Both the position numbers and the translations under genes were made by a program. The notes beneath the pieces were generated by a model. That model ran no database searches, was not told where the DNA came from, and saw nothing but the letters and a program-made list of their open reading frames with translations. 64,000 nucleotides of DNA from an uncultured virus (IMG/VR IMGVR_UViG_3300008339_000034) (Duplodnaviria > Heunggongvirae > Uroviricota > Caudoviricetes): IMG/VR virus record IMGVR_UViG_3300008339_000034; one strand, 5' to 3'. Position 1 is the first letter of the stretch; every line of letters starts with the position of its first letter. Below are positions 29,422 to 39,083 of the stretch, piece after piece.

Positions 29422-29848
29422 TGTTTTTAATTTTTTGACCTAACATTACTTGGTTAGGTTTGCTTAACCTAAAATTATAAAAACCAAAGTAAGGATACTT
29501 TCTTTCGTACAAGTAAAAGAAAATTCTATACATCATACCATCTGTATGGTAGTTTTTAAATGTTGTGTACACTCCATCTTTGTGATAACGTCCCCAGTCT
29601 ATCTTCTTTAATAATTTAGTAGGAGTTACCTTGATGAGTGACAGTAGTCCAATCTTAGGAAATCTAATTTTGTATCTACCTGTCATTACTTTTTCAAGAA
29701 CTTTCTCGTTTACTTTTAGAATAATGTTTCGGAACTTGTCATAGGAAATGTCAGAGCGACCTGTCTCCTTTACAAACTTCTTATAAGCCTGTATTGAAGA
29801 AGGATTGACATCCGACTTCAAAGAGAGTTTTTCCTTAGATTGCGTCAT
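29408..29848 (-). CDS. HU/IHF-like protein of the crAss tail block, about 146 aa
   Basis: Basic; YKIRFPKIGLLSL and IDW motifs; ATG at 29848 preferred to GTG at 29860. Confidence 0.65.
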   Translation of the reverse strand: MTQSKEKLSLKSDVNPSSIQAYKKFVKETGRSDISYDKFRNIILKVNEKVLEKVMTGRYKIRFPKIGLLSLIKVTPTKLLKKIDWGRYHKDGVYTTFKNYHTDGMMYRIFFYLYERKYPYFGFYNFRLSKPNQVMLGQKIKNNEIR

Positions 29849-30464
29849 CCTTATTATCACTAAATGGTTCTTGAGGAAGTTTATGGAAGTTAACTAAACT
29901 TTGGTTAGTCATTTCTAATAAACTATCCAACAAGTACTCAGGGAATTTAAAATCTTGCTCATACATACTTGAACAAGGTTTAGGATTTAAAGGTTCTGTA
30001 AAGTAAGCGTACATATTGACTGCCTCTACATCTGGATTCAACACATACAAGTAGCCGTTTCTTATTGTGTAATAAGAACGGTTAGTCTTAACTCTAAGTC
30101 TAGTGTGGTTAATAAAATCCCTGATAGTAGTAGGGAAGAGTTCTTCTGAGTTAGATGTATTGAATACCCCTTGAATAAAATAAGAATATAGCCCTTCTTC
30201 TATTTTAGGCAGCTTTTTCTTACTACGACGAATGTCACAATTCAAATCACACTCAGCACCTGGGGCTAGTATTAACTCAATGCATTCATACGCACTGTAT
30301 ACATTGTCTGAATTTAATAACTTACGAAGATTAATTTCTCTTCTAAGAATTGCACTTGCCTTAGTTTTTAAGGTATTGTAAATAAATCTATCAGACATGA
30401 AATCATCATCGCTAATGAACTTATTAGAAATCCTAACTCTGGATATTACATCTGATATTGTCAT
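29835..30464 (-). CDS. Tail ring/structural protein, 209 aa
   Basis: YYTIRNGYLYV and DFKFPEYL motifs; synteny in crAss tail block. Confidence 0.6.
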   Translation of the reverse strand: MTISDVISRVRISNKFISDDDFMSDRFIYNTLKTKASAILRREINLRKLLNSDNVYSAYECIELILAPGAECDLNCDIRRSKKKLPKIEEGLYSYFIQGVFNTSNSEELFPTTIRDFINHTRLRVKTNRSYYTIRNGYLYVLNPDVEAVNMYAYFTEPLNPKPCSSMYEQDFKFPEYLLDSLLEMTNQSLVNFHKLPQEPFSDNKDDAI

Positions 30465-30489
30465 AATTTACTTGAAGTTAGTTTTTGTA

Positions 30490-30520
30490 CAAATATAATT
30501 TAAACTGTTACTAATGTCAA
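30490..30520 (-). promoter_or_regulatory. Bacteroidota-type promoter, TTG-N20-TATATTTG
   Basis: Plus strand CAAATATA 30490-30497 and CAA 30518-30520, upstream of ATG 30464. Confidence 0.7.
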
Positions 30521-30537
30521 TTACTTTTAATTAAACC

Positions 30538-30562
30538 AAAAGAGCCTAGTTGCCTAGGCTCT
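30538..30562 (-). terminator. Intrinsic terminator after the 641-aa gene
   Basis: Stem AGAGCCTAG/CTAGGCTCT (30541-30562), 4-nt loop, short T run on the minus strand. Confidence 0.65.
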
Positions 30563-30608
30563 ATTCGGGGTTTTGACAGACAACCAACCCTAGTAAACTG
30601 TCAAGATC

Positions 30609-32534
30609 TTATGGTAGGATACTATAGGAGTGTGCTCCTAACAATATTTCTACCTTACTACCAGCAGTAGCAAGCACTAAACTTGCTGCAGGGTATGTAG
30701 GATAAGGAATTATATTTACAGTACCTGCTATGTCAATGGTAATTCTTGCATCAAAAGAACCATCAGGATCATTGTATGGAGCAGTTCCCTTTTTAAATGC
30801 TCTTGAGTAGAAACTGATAGGCCCTGTTATAGGTCTAAATCCAGCAGGCACAGTTGCGATAGGTACAGGTGTACCAAAAGCTAATGTAAGTCCACTTGTC
30901 ACCACCAACTCAATACTACCTGCTAAAGTCACAATACTACCTTGTTTAGTTACTTGAGCGTATCCAGTACCAGGACTAGTTGGGTAAGCTGCAGGGAATG
31001 TGTTGTTTGCTCCAGTTACTGCTATTGCAGTAAGGTTTGCTCTAGTAGCTGTCAAACCAGTAACACTCAAATCGTAGTTTACGTTACCTGCAGTTGTAGT
31101 TGGAGTAATTGCCACTGTGCCGTCAGTACTTGACATAGTAACCAATGCGTTAATATTTTTATTAACCCAGTTAGTTCCGTTATAGTAAAGTACATCAGGA
31201 TTCACAGGAGTGGTTACTATTACATCTCCAAGAGAATTGATGGAACAAGTAGAAAGTGAACTACAAGAGAAAGCAGCAGTAGGAGCCAAAGACACAATCT
31301 TGGAACCACAACCTGCTGTAGTTAGTACAAAGTCTGCAGAGTATGCAGTTTTCTCAGCATTCAATACGGCTACAATTCTTTGTAATTGAGTTTGAATTGT
31401 AGTTGCAGTGTTAGCGTAACTATATGGTGCAGAACCAAAACAACCTACCCAGTTAAGAGCAACACTATCAGTCTTAATATAAGAAGGAATAGCGTTAACG
31501 GTTGTGTCTACTGCACATACCTTAGTGGTAAGATAACCAATAGTAGCATGAGCAGAATCAGTTGCTGTACCTCCCAAGGCAGTCAAACAGTTTGCACTGT
31601 TATTAAATTTCGTGGTACTACCCAAGAAAGTAGTTATAGTACTTACGGTTGAGTTAGTTGAAGTAATTGCCGCATTCAATCCCGTGGTGATTGAGCACAT
31701 ATTGTCTACTACCCAATCAAACCAAGTACCAATAGGGGCAGTTGATGAGGGGATAGTAGTCATTGTACAACTACCTGGAACTGTTACTCCAGTGATGGTA
31801 ATACCTCCTGTTCCTCCTGCAATAGCACAAAGTTTGTTACCATACTCAGTTAAGATTGCTCCTAGAGTAGAAACACCAGAAGTTAATCCTGTTACACAAC
31901 CAGGCACAGTAAAGGTTGGAGTCTCTACTGCTTTTAAACGTGTGTTTAACGCACACAACGCAGCAGAAGAAGATTCAGCAAATCCTTGTGCAGTAGTAAT
32001 AGACGCACCTACTGACTCTAAGTTACCTCCTTGACGAAGACAAGCATAGTTAAATCCACTGTATAAAAGACCAGTTGGAGTTAAGTTACAGATACGATCA
32101 TGCAAATTCTTGATAGCCGCATCCATTGTATAGGTGCTATCAATAATAGCTGATAGTGTAGTTACTACAATTGAAATGTTATTCGCAGGAGCCGTACCAC
32201 CTACAGCTGTACCAGCAATGGTAAGAGTTTCTCCTATTGCATATCCGCTACCTTTATTTACAATAGAGATTGTGTATGATGTAGAAGATGGTCCTCTAGT
32301 TACACTAAAAGTAGCACCTGAACCAGAACCGCCAGTAGCACCAACTACCACGGTAACTTCAGAAACTATAGCAACAGCAGTACCCGAATAGGTAAAGGTA
32401 TTAATTGGACCTAGAGAACAATACAAACCTGTGCCTGAGTAAGTAACGCACTTTCCAAAATTTGTGGAAAGGCATCCAATTTCAGCACATGGTTCTATTG
32501 TGTTGGTTCCGTAGCAGTCAAGACAAGTACTCAT
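30609..32534 (-). CDS. Cys/Thr/Gly-rich tail-fibre-like protein, 641 aa
   Basis: Short coiled segments separated by Cys motifs; C-terminal receptor-binding-like domain (KQGSIVTL...IATVPAGFRP). Confidence 0.6.
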   Translation of the reverse strand: MSTCLDCYGTNTIEPCAEIGCLSTNFGKCVTYSGTGLYCSLGPINTFTYSGTAVAIVSEVTVVVGATGGSGSGATFSVTRGPSSTSYTISIVNKGSGYAIGETLTIAGTAVGGTAPANNISIVVTTLSAIIDSTYTMDAAIKNLHDRICNLTPTGLLYSGFNYACLRQGGNLESVGASITTAQGFAESSSAALCALNTRLKAVETPTFTVPGCVTGLTSGVSTLGAILTEYGNKLCAIAGGTGGITITGVTVPGSCTMTTIPSSTAPIGTWFDWVVDNMCSITTGLNAAITSTNSTVSTITTFLGSTTKFNNSANCLTALGGTATDSAHATIGYLTTKVCAVDTTVNAIPSYIKTDSVALNWVGCFGSAPYSYANTATTIQTQLQRIVAVLNAEKTAYSADFVLTTAGCGSKIVSLAPTAAFSCSSLSTCSINSLGDVIVTTPVNPDVLYYNGTNWVNKNINALVTMSSTDGTVAITPTTTAGNVNYDLSVTGLTATRANLTAIAVTGANNTFPAAYPTSPGTGYAQVTKQGSIVTLAGSIELVVTSGLTLAFGTPVPIATVPAGFRPITGPISFYSRAFKKGTAPYNDPDGSFDARITIDIAGTVNIIPYPTYPAASLVLATAGSKVEILLGAHSYSILP

Positions 32535-32545
32535 TATATTTTAGA

Positions 32546-33109
32546 TTATGGATTTGGGCAACAGTCACAAAGTTTAGTTATCATAGCTTGAAGTAAACCA
32601 CGTAAAGTAGTAATACCACCAGCAGGTACACAAGGTTCCGTTAAAACGCATTGTCCGTTTATACTTAACCATGTTTTAAAATCTTGGTCTAAAGGCAAAT
32701 CAAGCCAGAATACATTACCACTATCTGTAGTAACATTCTCATTCTTCAAGTAATTAACTTGTTTTTGTAAAGCACATACAACATTCAACAGTTGTACAAC
32801 TACCTCACTTTGAACATACCTAGTATCATTAACTTCATATGTAGTAAGAGAACCAGTATTAACCAAATTAAGACCACAAGATGAGTTAGCACCATCAAGC
32901 GCAGTTTTGCTAATACCGATTTTTCCAATAATGTCTTTAAGATTATCATCAAATAAATGAATAACGTCATTCAGATAAGGAGTACAAGTAAACTCTTTAT
33001 CAATAGGACCATCCGTAGTAGGAGTTCCAGTATACTTAACACACTTTGAAGGAATAATCTCTCCACAGTTGTTAGGTTCGCAGCAAGGTTTGTATGCTTT
33101 GTTTGCCAT
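32546..33109 (-). CDS. Cys-rich structural protein related to the N-terminus of the 641-aa protein, 187 aa
   Basis: CCEPNNCGEIIPSKCVKYTGT vs EPCAEIGCLSTNFGKCVTYSGT. Confidence 0.6.
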   Translation of the reverse strand: MANKAYKPCCEPNNCGEIIPSKCVKYTGTPTTDGPIDKEFTCTPYLNDVIHLFDDNLKDIIGKIGISKTALDGANSSCGLNLVNTGSLTTYEVNDTRYVQSEVVVQLLNVVCALQKQVNYLKNENVTTDSGNVFWLDLPLDQDFKTWLSINGQCVLTEPCVPAGGITTLRGLLQAMITKLCDCCPNP

Positions 33110-33121
33110 TATTTTTCGTAG

Positions 33122-33310
33122 TTATAGTTTAATTTTAAGGTTGTTTGTGTCTACACAATCTAAGCAATGTGCTAGTTTCAAGAAACGCATATACTTCCTA
33201 GATTTTTTGTAGTATGGTTTTGTTAAGTACTTGATATGCTGCATTTCTTTTACTGCCGCCTTAGCAAGTTTTTCTTTAACAGTCAAGTTCAAATCGTCTA
33301 AGTAAGTCAT
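33122..33310 (-). CDS. Small hypothetical protein, about 62 aa
   Basis: ATG at 33310 overlapping the end of the upstream gene; fills the gap in the operon. Confidence 0.5.
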   Translation of the reverse strand: MTYLDDLNLTVKEKLAKAAVKEMQHIKYLTKPYYKKSRKYMRFLKLAHCLDCVDTNNLKIKL

Positions 33311-33785
33311 CTGCTTTTCTGTATAATTCAATTGCTTTTTCGGGGTTACATAAATCTGCGTTAGCTTCTCCTCCCCGTAGCAGAAACTCAATCTTATCTA
33401 GATAGTAAAGGATTTTTTCATCCTCACAATCTTGTGCATACTTAGCCCATTGTACAGCAAGTCTACAATCAATCCTACAAGTGCGTAGGTGATATCTAGT
33501 ACATACTCCTGTGTCAGGGCAAGTAGTTAAGTTCAAAGTATATAAACCATCTGGCAATTCTACAAAATCTGCCGTTGCATTGGTAGTGAATCCAAAAGTG
33601 TATGAATTGTATACGTTTACTTCATTTAAAGTAAAAGCAAATTCAAATGGAATATCATAACCAGGTGCAGTGATTTGAATGTTTGCCTCGTCTAAAGTTT
33701 CAGGATAGTACGAGGTATCTAGGATTGATAAGTAAGCACAATCCTTAGCTTTTAAAACTTCTATATTTCTTTGTAAGTTAGCCAT
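33276..33785 (-). CDS. Putative tail-hub/structural protein, 169 aa
   Basis: ITAPGY and ELPDGLYTL Ig-like motifs followed by helical tail; position. Confidence 0.55.
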   Translation of the reverse strand: MANLQRNIEVLKAKDCAYLSILDTSYYPETLDEANIQITAPGYDIPFEFAFTLNEVNVYNSYTFGFTTNATADFVELPDGLYTLNLTTCPDTGVCTRYHLRTCRIDCRLAVQWAKYAQDCEDEKILYYLDKIEFLLRGGEANADLCNPEKAIELYRKADDLLRRFELDC

Positions 33786-33797
33786 TTAATTCATTTT

Positions 33798-33820
33798 AAA
33801 AGGGGAGATTTCTCTCCCCT
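33798..33820 (-). terminator. Intrinsic terminator/attenuator
   Basis: Stem AGGGGAGA/TCTCCCCT 33801-33820, GAAA loop on the minus strand, short T run. Confidence 0.6.
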
Positions 33821-33825
33821 GTTAA

Positions 33826-34275
33826 TTACATAATTGCAAATCCAACGATTACAACTCCAGTATTCGCAACAACACCTCCAAGAGATACTGTGCAAGAACC
33901 TGCAACAATACCATCAACTTGTACGGCCAATAGACCAGTACCAGTAGTGTCGTTAACTGTAGCCATAATTACAGAATCAGCTTTAATAAAACTATTGTTA
34001 AGTGTAAAAGAGGACATTGCACCTGCAGCAATAGTAGCACTTACAGTTGTAATCTCACCAGCAGGCTGGTTCAATGTAACTGCAGTAGTAATACTACCTG
34101 ACTGTGTTACAGTTCCTTTGCTTAACGTTACATACTTAACGCAGCAAGTAGGGCTCTTTAAAAGGTTAACAACAAACTTCTCTAAAGAAGCTCCTGGGAT
34201 AGCACCTGCAGCAATGTCTTTGTTATTAACAGTGGTCATGTAGGTGCCGAGTTTAAGAATAATATCTTTTGCCAT
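33826..34275 (-). CDS. Putative head fibre/capsid decoration protein, 149 aa
   Basis: GTVTQSGSITTAVTLNQPAGEITT beta-rich motif; lies between two terminators next to the auxiliary capsid gene. Confidence 0.55.
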   Translation of the reverse strand: MAKDIILKLGTYMTTVNNKDIAAGAIPGASLEKFVVNLLKSPTCCVKYVTLSKGTVTQSGSITTAVTLNQPAGEITTVSATIAAGAMSSFTLNNSFIKADSVIMATVNDTTGTGLLAVQVDGIVAGSCTVSLGGVVANTGVVIVGFAIM

Positions 34276-34299
34276 GATTTTTTATTTTTTAAAAGTTAG

Positions 34300-34324
34300 A
34301 AAAAGGGGGGAGTTCAGTCCCCCC
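34300..34324 (-). terminator. Intrinsic terminator after the auxiliary capsid gene
   Basis: Stem GGGGGGA/TCCCCCC 34305-34324 followed by TTTTT on the minus strand. Confidence 0.7.
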
Positions 34325-34337
34325 ATTATTCGTCTAA

Positions 34338-35756
34338 TTAGGCAGCGAAATAGTTAAAGAAGGCAAGAATGTTTGCAGAAACACTACCTGCACTACTAAT
34401 AACACTATTAGCAGCTTCGTTAGTTGTGTCTACCATAATCAATACCTCATGGCTATTTACTGATTTCTTTTCAAATCCTACTGGAGAATCATCCAAGAAT
34501 TTAACAGAAAGTACGTTGTACAACAAAGTGCTGTTTACATACAAGAACTGGTTTACATCCTCGTTGTAGATAGGATTCCAGTAGTACACAGACTCAGCTA
34601 CGTTAGGCAAGTTGTTACGGAAGAAGTGACGCTCCAATTCAGCCATAGCAGAACCAGCACCAATTGCATACTTAACATCTTGAGTTTTAGTAACATACCA
34701 AGGACCAGTCAAGTCGTTGATATCGAAGTCTTGGGTAGTGAAAGGACCTTTAGCCGCAACTACTTGGAAACGAACCAAGTTGAATACGTAAGGAACAGCA
34801 TCAGGAACACAAGCGTTTCCGAAAGCATCCAATGCTTTACCTTCCAATTTAACACCACAAGCAGTTACTGAACCAGCACTTGACTTAACTGACTCCCAAG
34901 CTACACCTAAGTAAGTAGGCATATCAGCTACGTTTGCAATCAAAGGAGTTGCAATTTCGTACAAGATGTTACCCAATGCATCAGCATCAGTGTCACCATC
35001 AGTATCAGTAGTTGTGATAGCAATAGTACCGTAAGTAGCAGATGGGTAGTAAGCTTGCAAAGCAGTCAACACAGCGTTTTCTGCAGTAGAGTTACCAGCA
35101 TCAGGCAAAGTCAAAGTGTACTTGTAAGAAGGTGCAGAACCTTTGAATACGTGAGTAGCATTTACGTACTTGCTCAACAAAGGATTAGCATTGATCTTAC
35201 TAGCTACAGAAGCCATAATATCATAGCAATCCAATGCATCACAACCACCACCGCACTCTGAGCAGTTTACAGTTTTAACACGAACTGACTCTTGAATCAT
35301 TGGTTGGAATACACCTTTAGACCAGTACTCATCGATTTTGATGGTTACAACGTATTCCTCATCACAAGAAAAACTAGGTGATTTGAAATCGTTAACCTCA
35401 TCATAACCAAGATAAGTAATTTGTTGTTTAGCAGCACTTGCATCAGCAGGCACGTAAGAAACTTGAGTCAACTTACCTTTTCTGATTACAGGAGACTTAA
35501 AGCTACCAAACTTATTGGCAGGGTAAGAAGTACCTGTACCCATAGCCAACACAATCTCTTTGAAAGGTTGTGTAGTAGAAGGAGTTGGAGCACCAGTAGT
35601 GTAGTTAACAGATTGAAAGCCTACCAACTGATCGGTGTTAGCGACATAGGTAGGAGTAAATACGCCGAAGATACGAGCACCTAGTGCATCGAATCCGTTT
35701 CCAGTTGTAGTGTATTTGTTAGTCGGAACAAATACTTGGGTGAAATCGTAGTTCAT
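34338..35756 (-). CDS. Auxiliary capsid/structural protein (crAss gene 74-like), 472 aa
   Basis: Synteny downstream of MCP, gene 75-like and ring genes; CGVKLEG and GAGSAMAELE motifs. Confidence 0.65.
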   Translation of the reverse strand: MNYDFTQVFVPTNKYTTTGNGFDALGARIFGVFTPTYVANTDQLVGFQSVNYTTGAPTPSTTQPFKEIVLAMGTGTSYPANKFGSFKSPVIRKGKLTQVSYVPADASAAKQQITYLGYDEVNDFKSPSFSCDEEYVVTIKIDEYWSKGVFQPMIQESVRVKTVNCSECGGGCDALDCYDIMASVASKINANPLLSKYVNATHVFKGSAPSYKYTLTLPDAGNSTAENAVLTALQAYYPSATYGTIAITTTDTDGDTDADALGNILYEIATPLIANVADMPTYLGVAWESVKSSAGSVTACGVKLEGKALDAFGNACVPDAVPYVFNLVRFQVVAAKGPFTTQDFDINDLTGPWYVTKTQDVKYAIGAGSAMAELERHFFRNNLPNVAESVYYWNPIYNEDVNQFLYVNSTLLYNVLSVKFLDDSPVGFEKKSVNSHEVLIMVDTTNEAANSVISSAGSVSANILAFFNYFAA

Positions 35757-35773
35757 TTTTTTATATTATTAGT

Positions 35774-36490
35774 TTATTCTGAGTTTTTAACACTTCTGTC
35801 CTCTGCAAAAGCTGCTTGGCCTTGGTTGTCTACTGATTGTGCGGCAAACTTAATAGCTAAATTCAGAATATCTGATTTAGCATAGTAAGGAAGTTCACAG
35901 TCCATATTTACTGAATCCAATCCATCTAAGTTGATGTAGCCTTCTGAATCTATTGGCTTTGGATATCTTAAGTAAGTAAGGTAAAGATTCTCAATTTCAA
36001 AACTTTCGTCAGTGTATACAGTGATGTTATCTTGGCCGATTGTTGCAAATGTGTTTCTCCATTCAAAGGAGGGGCTGAAGTTTGCATCAAAGTATAATGT
36101 TGACAGATCGTTTTGTCTAATTAAATCTACTGTTAAACCTGCTTTACAATCTTCTTTCCTTGCACCTACATGCGACATTACATACATCATGTAGTTAGGG
36201 AGAGATTTCAAACTGGCTTTGTAGCCTTTATAAAGAACGTCTGTTGTTTTTACTAGTGTCAAAGAAACATCGTCAACTTTCAATACTTGCAAGTCTTCAA
36301 TTCTCTTTCTTGTCCCTTCGTATCCGTGTCTGAAAATGTTGTTTTCTCCTACTTTAGATTCTACCCAAGATAATTGAGCCTGATTTAAGAAAACCAAAAT
36401 ATCTTCTAGAGGGACTTGCACGTTGTCTTGCCTGTCCATCTTATTTAAGCTTAACTTAAACTCGTATATCAACTCTTGTACTGGTATCAT
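35774..36490 (-). CDS. Head-tail ring/adaptor protein (crAss gene 73-like), 238 aa
   Basis: FLNQAQ, YLTYLRYPKPI, CELP motifs. Confidence 0.7.
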   Translation of the reverse strand: MIPVQELIYEFKLSLNKMDRQDNVQVPLEDILVFLNQAQLSWVESKVGENNIFRHGYEGTRKRIEDLQVLKVDDVSLTLVKTTDVLYKGYKASLKSLPNYMMYVMSHVGARKEDCKAGLTVDLIRQNDLSTLYFDANFSPSFEWRNTFATIGQDNITVYTDESFEIENLYLTYLRYPKPIDSEGYINLDGLDSVNMDCELPYYAKSDILNLAIKFAAQSVDNQGQAAFAEDRSVKNSE

Positions 36491-36499
36491 CTTCGGTTA

Positions 36500-37441
36500 T
36501 TAGATAACGGATAGTTTCATTTTGTTTTTTACTTTGTCTTTAAAGGCATCGTAAATGTCGGAGTTCTTAGGGTCAGCCAAAGTTAATTCTAACTCTTCTA
36601 CTGATCTAGCCCATACGTGCTCTCCTTCATAAACTACAGAACCTTTAACTCTTATAACGTTGTAGTCAATCAACTCACGGATTAGAGACTTGATAGCCAA
36701 GGTCTCTTCACTGTACTTAGTGATTTTCGTAAACGCAGCGATTGGGTCTTGGTCAAGAGCAGTAGCAGGAATACGCAAATACTCGTCTAGAGCATTGTAT
36801 ACTTCTTCCTCACTTGCATCTCCAGCCAATCCTAAACCTAAAAGCTTTTGAATCTTCTTACGTTTAACTGCAGTCATTCTATCTAACTCTGCAATCGCAC
36901 TGTTAATTCGCTTTTTACGTTCAAAAGCGGATTTAGATTCTACTTCACCATCGTGTACATAAAAACGTACAATAGATCCGTCAGCTTTTCCAGTTTCAAT
37001 ATCGTCTATACTGTGAGCAACCATATCCGTTTCAAGTAACCAAAAGAAGTTAATTGCATCACGGGGATTCTCCAAGTTAAAGATATTGTCTCCATCTTCT
37101 AGGGTGTACCCATTCTCTTTTATTTCGTCATAGAACGTACTAGTAGGGTCAAGAGATTCATCTAAAATAGATTCGTAGTAAGTTTTTAAAGTCTTAATAC
37201 GGTTCATCTCTTGCTCTCTTACTTCAGGGTCTTCGATTGCTCGCAACTTCATTGCGTTTTCATCTAGTCCTGTTCGTATTACTCCACGTGAATCAACACG
37301 AGGGTAAAACTTTTTTGATGTACCTGGGATGAAATTAAATCCCTCCCTGTACAGTGATCCTTCTAAACTCCTAGAGTTTGCAGGTTCTTTGCGGTAAGGT
37401 TTAATAACCTTTGTTCCGCGTGCGATTTCTTGTCCTTTCAT
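36500..37441 (-). CDS. Conserved protein downstream of MCP (crAss gene 75-like), 313 aa
   Basis: RTGLD and FNLENPRD motifs; synteny. Confidence 0.65.
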   Translation of the reverse strand: MKGQEIARGTKVIKPYRKEPANSRSLEGSLYREGFNFIPGTSKKFYPRVDSRGVIRTGLDENAMKLRAIEDPEVREQEMNRIKTLKTYYESILDESLDPTSTFYDEIKENGYTLEDGDNIFNLENPRDAINFFWLLETDMVAHSIDDIETGKADGSIVRFYVHDGEVESKSAFERKKRINSAIAELDRMTAVKRKKIQKLLGLGLAGDASEEEVYNALDEYLRIPATALDQDPIAAFTKITKYSEETLAIKSLIRELIDYNVIRVKGSVVYEGEHVWARSVEELELTLADPKNSDIYDAFKDKVKNKMKLSVI

Positions 37442-37524
37442 TATTTTGGTTGATTGTTTTGGTTAATCTAATATCTTTATCAGGGGAGAGTCCGAGAACC
37501 CTCCCCCTCTAAAGACCGCCTAGA

Positions 37525-39054
37525 TTAGAGGCGTGGGTATTCTTTAATGATTACAGTTCTGGTTGGATCTTCCAAGAAGACACCACAGAAGTCTTTCATG
37601 ATGTAAGTGCTATAAGGATCTTTGTTAGCAATTACGGTTTGTTGGCTTCCGAATCCTACTGAACCTGGGATGTACTGGTAGTACATGTTAGGACGAGTAG
37701 ACAACTTAACCTCACGGATACCTGAATCTTCTTGACCAGATACGTCAAGTACGATAAAGATTGGAGGAGTTTTCTTATTAGGTCCCAATTCCAAGAAAGT
37801 AGCATGCATGTTCAACTGTTCCAATTCTACGAACTCAACAGGACCAGTTTCGGTAGTCATGTAGTGGTCAAATTGGAAAGCATAACCTTGCTTCAAGCGA
37901 TCTTTACCATCCATGAACTTATCAGCGTTAACCATAAAGTTCGCACTGTTGAAGTCTTTTTTGATAGCAGAAGAAGCCAACTCCATACCTGCACGGTTGG
38001 TGTAAACTTTTACTTTACGATCAGCAATCAATACACGGTTGTAGAACAAGTCACCAATTGCAGTACGAATCAAGTTCAAAGAGAATTGACCACGATCGTA
38101 TTGGATAATGTTACCCAAGTGCAATTGCTGCCACAAACCTTGCTTCATACGAGTAGAGCGACCTCTTTCGTCTTTAGCTTGACCTTGGCGACCCCACATC
38201 AACATGTTTGCTTTCATGCGCATCATTTCCATACGCAACAAACGAGATACAGTTGGTTCCCAACCTACGATCTTTGTCTTCTCTGCTTCAGCAGTAGGAT
38301 CAGTCAAAGTGTAGTAAGTCAAGTCCATAGGATTACCAGTAGCGTCAGTTTGCATACCAAGTTTAGTAGCATCAGCCCAGTCAGTGATAGTGTGTTCAAC
38401 ACCATATTGACTCAATACGTCAGCCATAACTTCCAAGTGACCATCGAACAATCCCAAGCTAGAGAATGAAGTGGTGTACTCACCCAATACGTTACCTACT
38501 TTGAAGTACTCAGTACCTACAACCAAGAAACGTTGGTTAACGAAGTCAGTGCTACTAGCGGCAACGGCACGGCAACGGTATTTGAAACCATTTTGGTAAC
38601 GCTCAGGCTCAGATACGATTTGTACCAAAGTCTCTTGCTCATAACGGTGTGCGCTGATGATATCGTTTACAACAAAACCTTGTTTGTCAAATACGATTTC
38701 GAACTCTTGACCATCAATACCAGGTTTTGCAACAGTTGTAGCAAAGTTGGCAATGATTTTTGGAAGTTCAGCACGCTTCTTGATTTTGTAAGTGAAGACA
38801 CCATTAGGGTCGTTAACCATAAATGGCTTACCGTTCTTCATCACAAGATCCAACAAATCGTTAGAATACAAGCGAGTGTCAGTGAACAGACGCAACATAA
38901 CTTTGTCATACTGGTCTGGTTTAGTTTTCAACATTGACTCGACAAAGTTTTTGTCGGTCAACTTACCCAAACTATTCTTAGAATAGTAAGAGCTGGTAAC
39001 GTGCGCATTAGCTATAACGCGACCGTTAACTCTGGTAATGGATTGATTAGGCAT
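37525..39054 (-). CDS. Major capsid protein (crAss-like HK97 fold), 509 aa
   Basis: Size, position after portal and acidic scaffold-like gene, LMWG, GLWQQL, GVFLEDPTR motifs. Confidence 0.85.
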   Translation of the reverse strand: MPNQSITRVNGRVIANAHVTSSYYSKNSLGKLTDKNFVESMLKTKPDQYDKVMLRLFTDTRLYSNDLLDLVMKNGKPFMVNDPNGVFTYKIKKRAELPKIIANFATTVAKPGIDGQEFEIVFDKQGFVVNDIISAHRYEQETLVQIVSEPERYQNGFKYRCRAVAASSTDFVNQRFLVVGTEYFKVGNVLGEYTTSFSSLGLFDGHLEVMADVLSQYGVEHTITDWADATKLGMQTDATGNPMDLTYYTLTDPTAEAEKTKIVGWEPTVSRLLRMEMMRMKANMLMWGRQGQAKDERGRSTRMKQGLWQQLHLGNIIQYDRGQFSLNLIRTAIGDLFYNRVLIADRKVKVYTNRAGMELASSAIKKDFNSANFMVNADKFMDGKDRLKQGYAFQFDHYMTTETGPVEFVELEQLNMHATFLELGPNKKTPPIFIVLDVSGQEDSGIREVKLSTRPNMYYQYIPGSVGFGSQQTVIANKDPYSTYIMKDFCGVFLEDPTRTVIIKEYPRL

Positions 39055-39083
39055 TTTATTTTTAGTTTATGTGTGCTTATATT

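Noticed and set aside
37732..38469. 245-aa plus-strand ORF and the many other 60-160 aa antisense ORFs
   Set aside because: They lie wholly opposite well-supported genes (here the MCP) and read as codon-bias shadows
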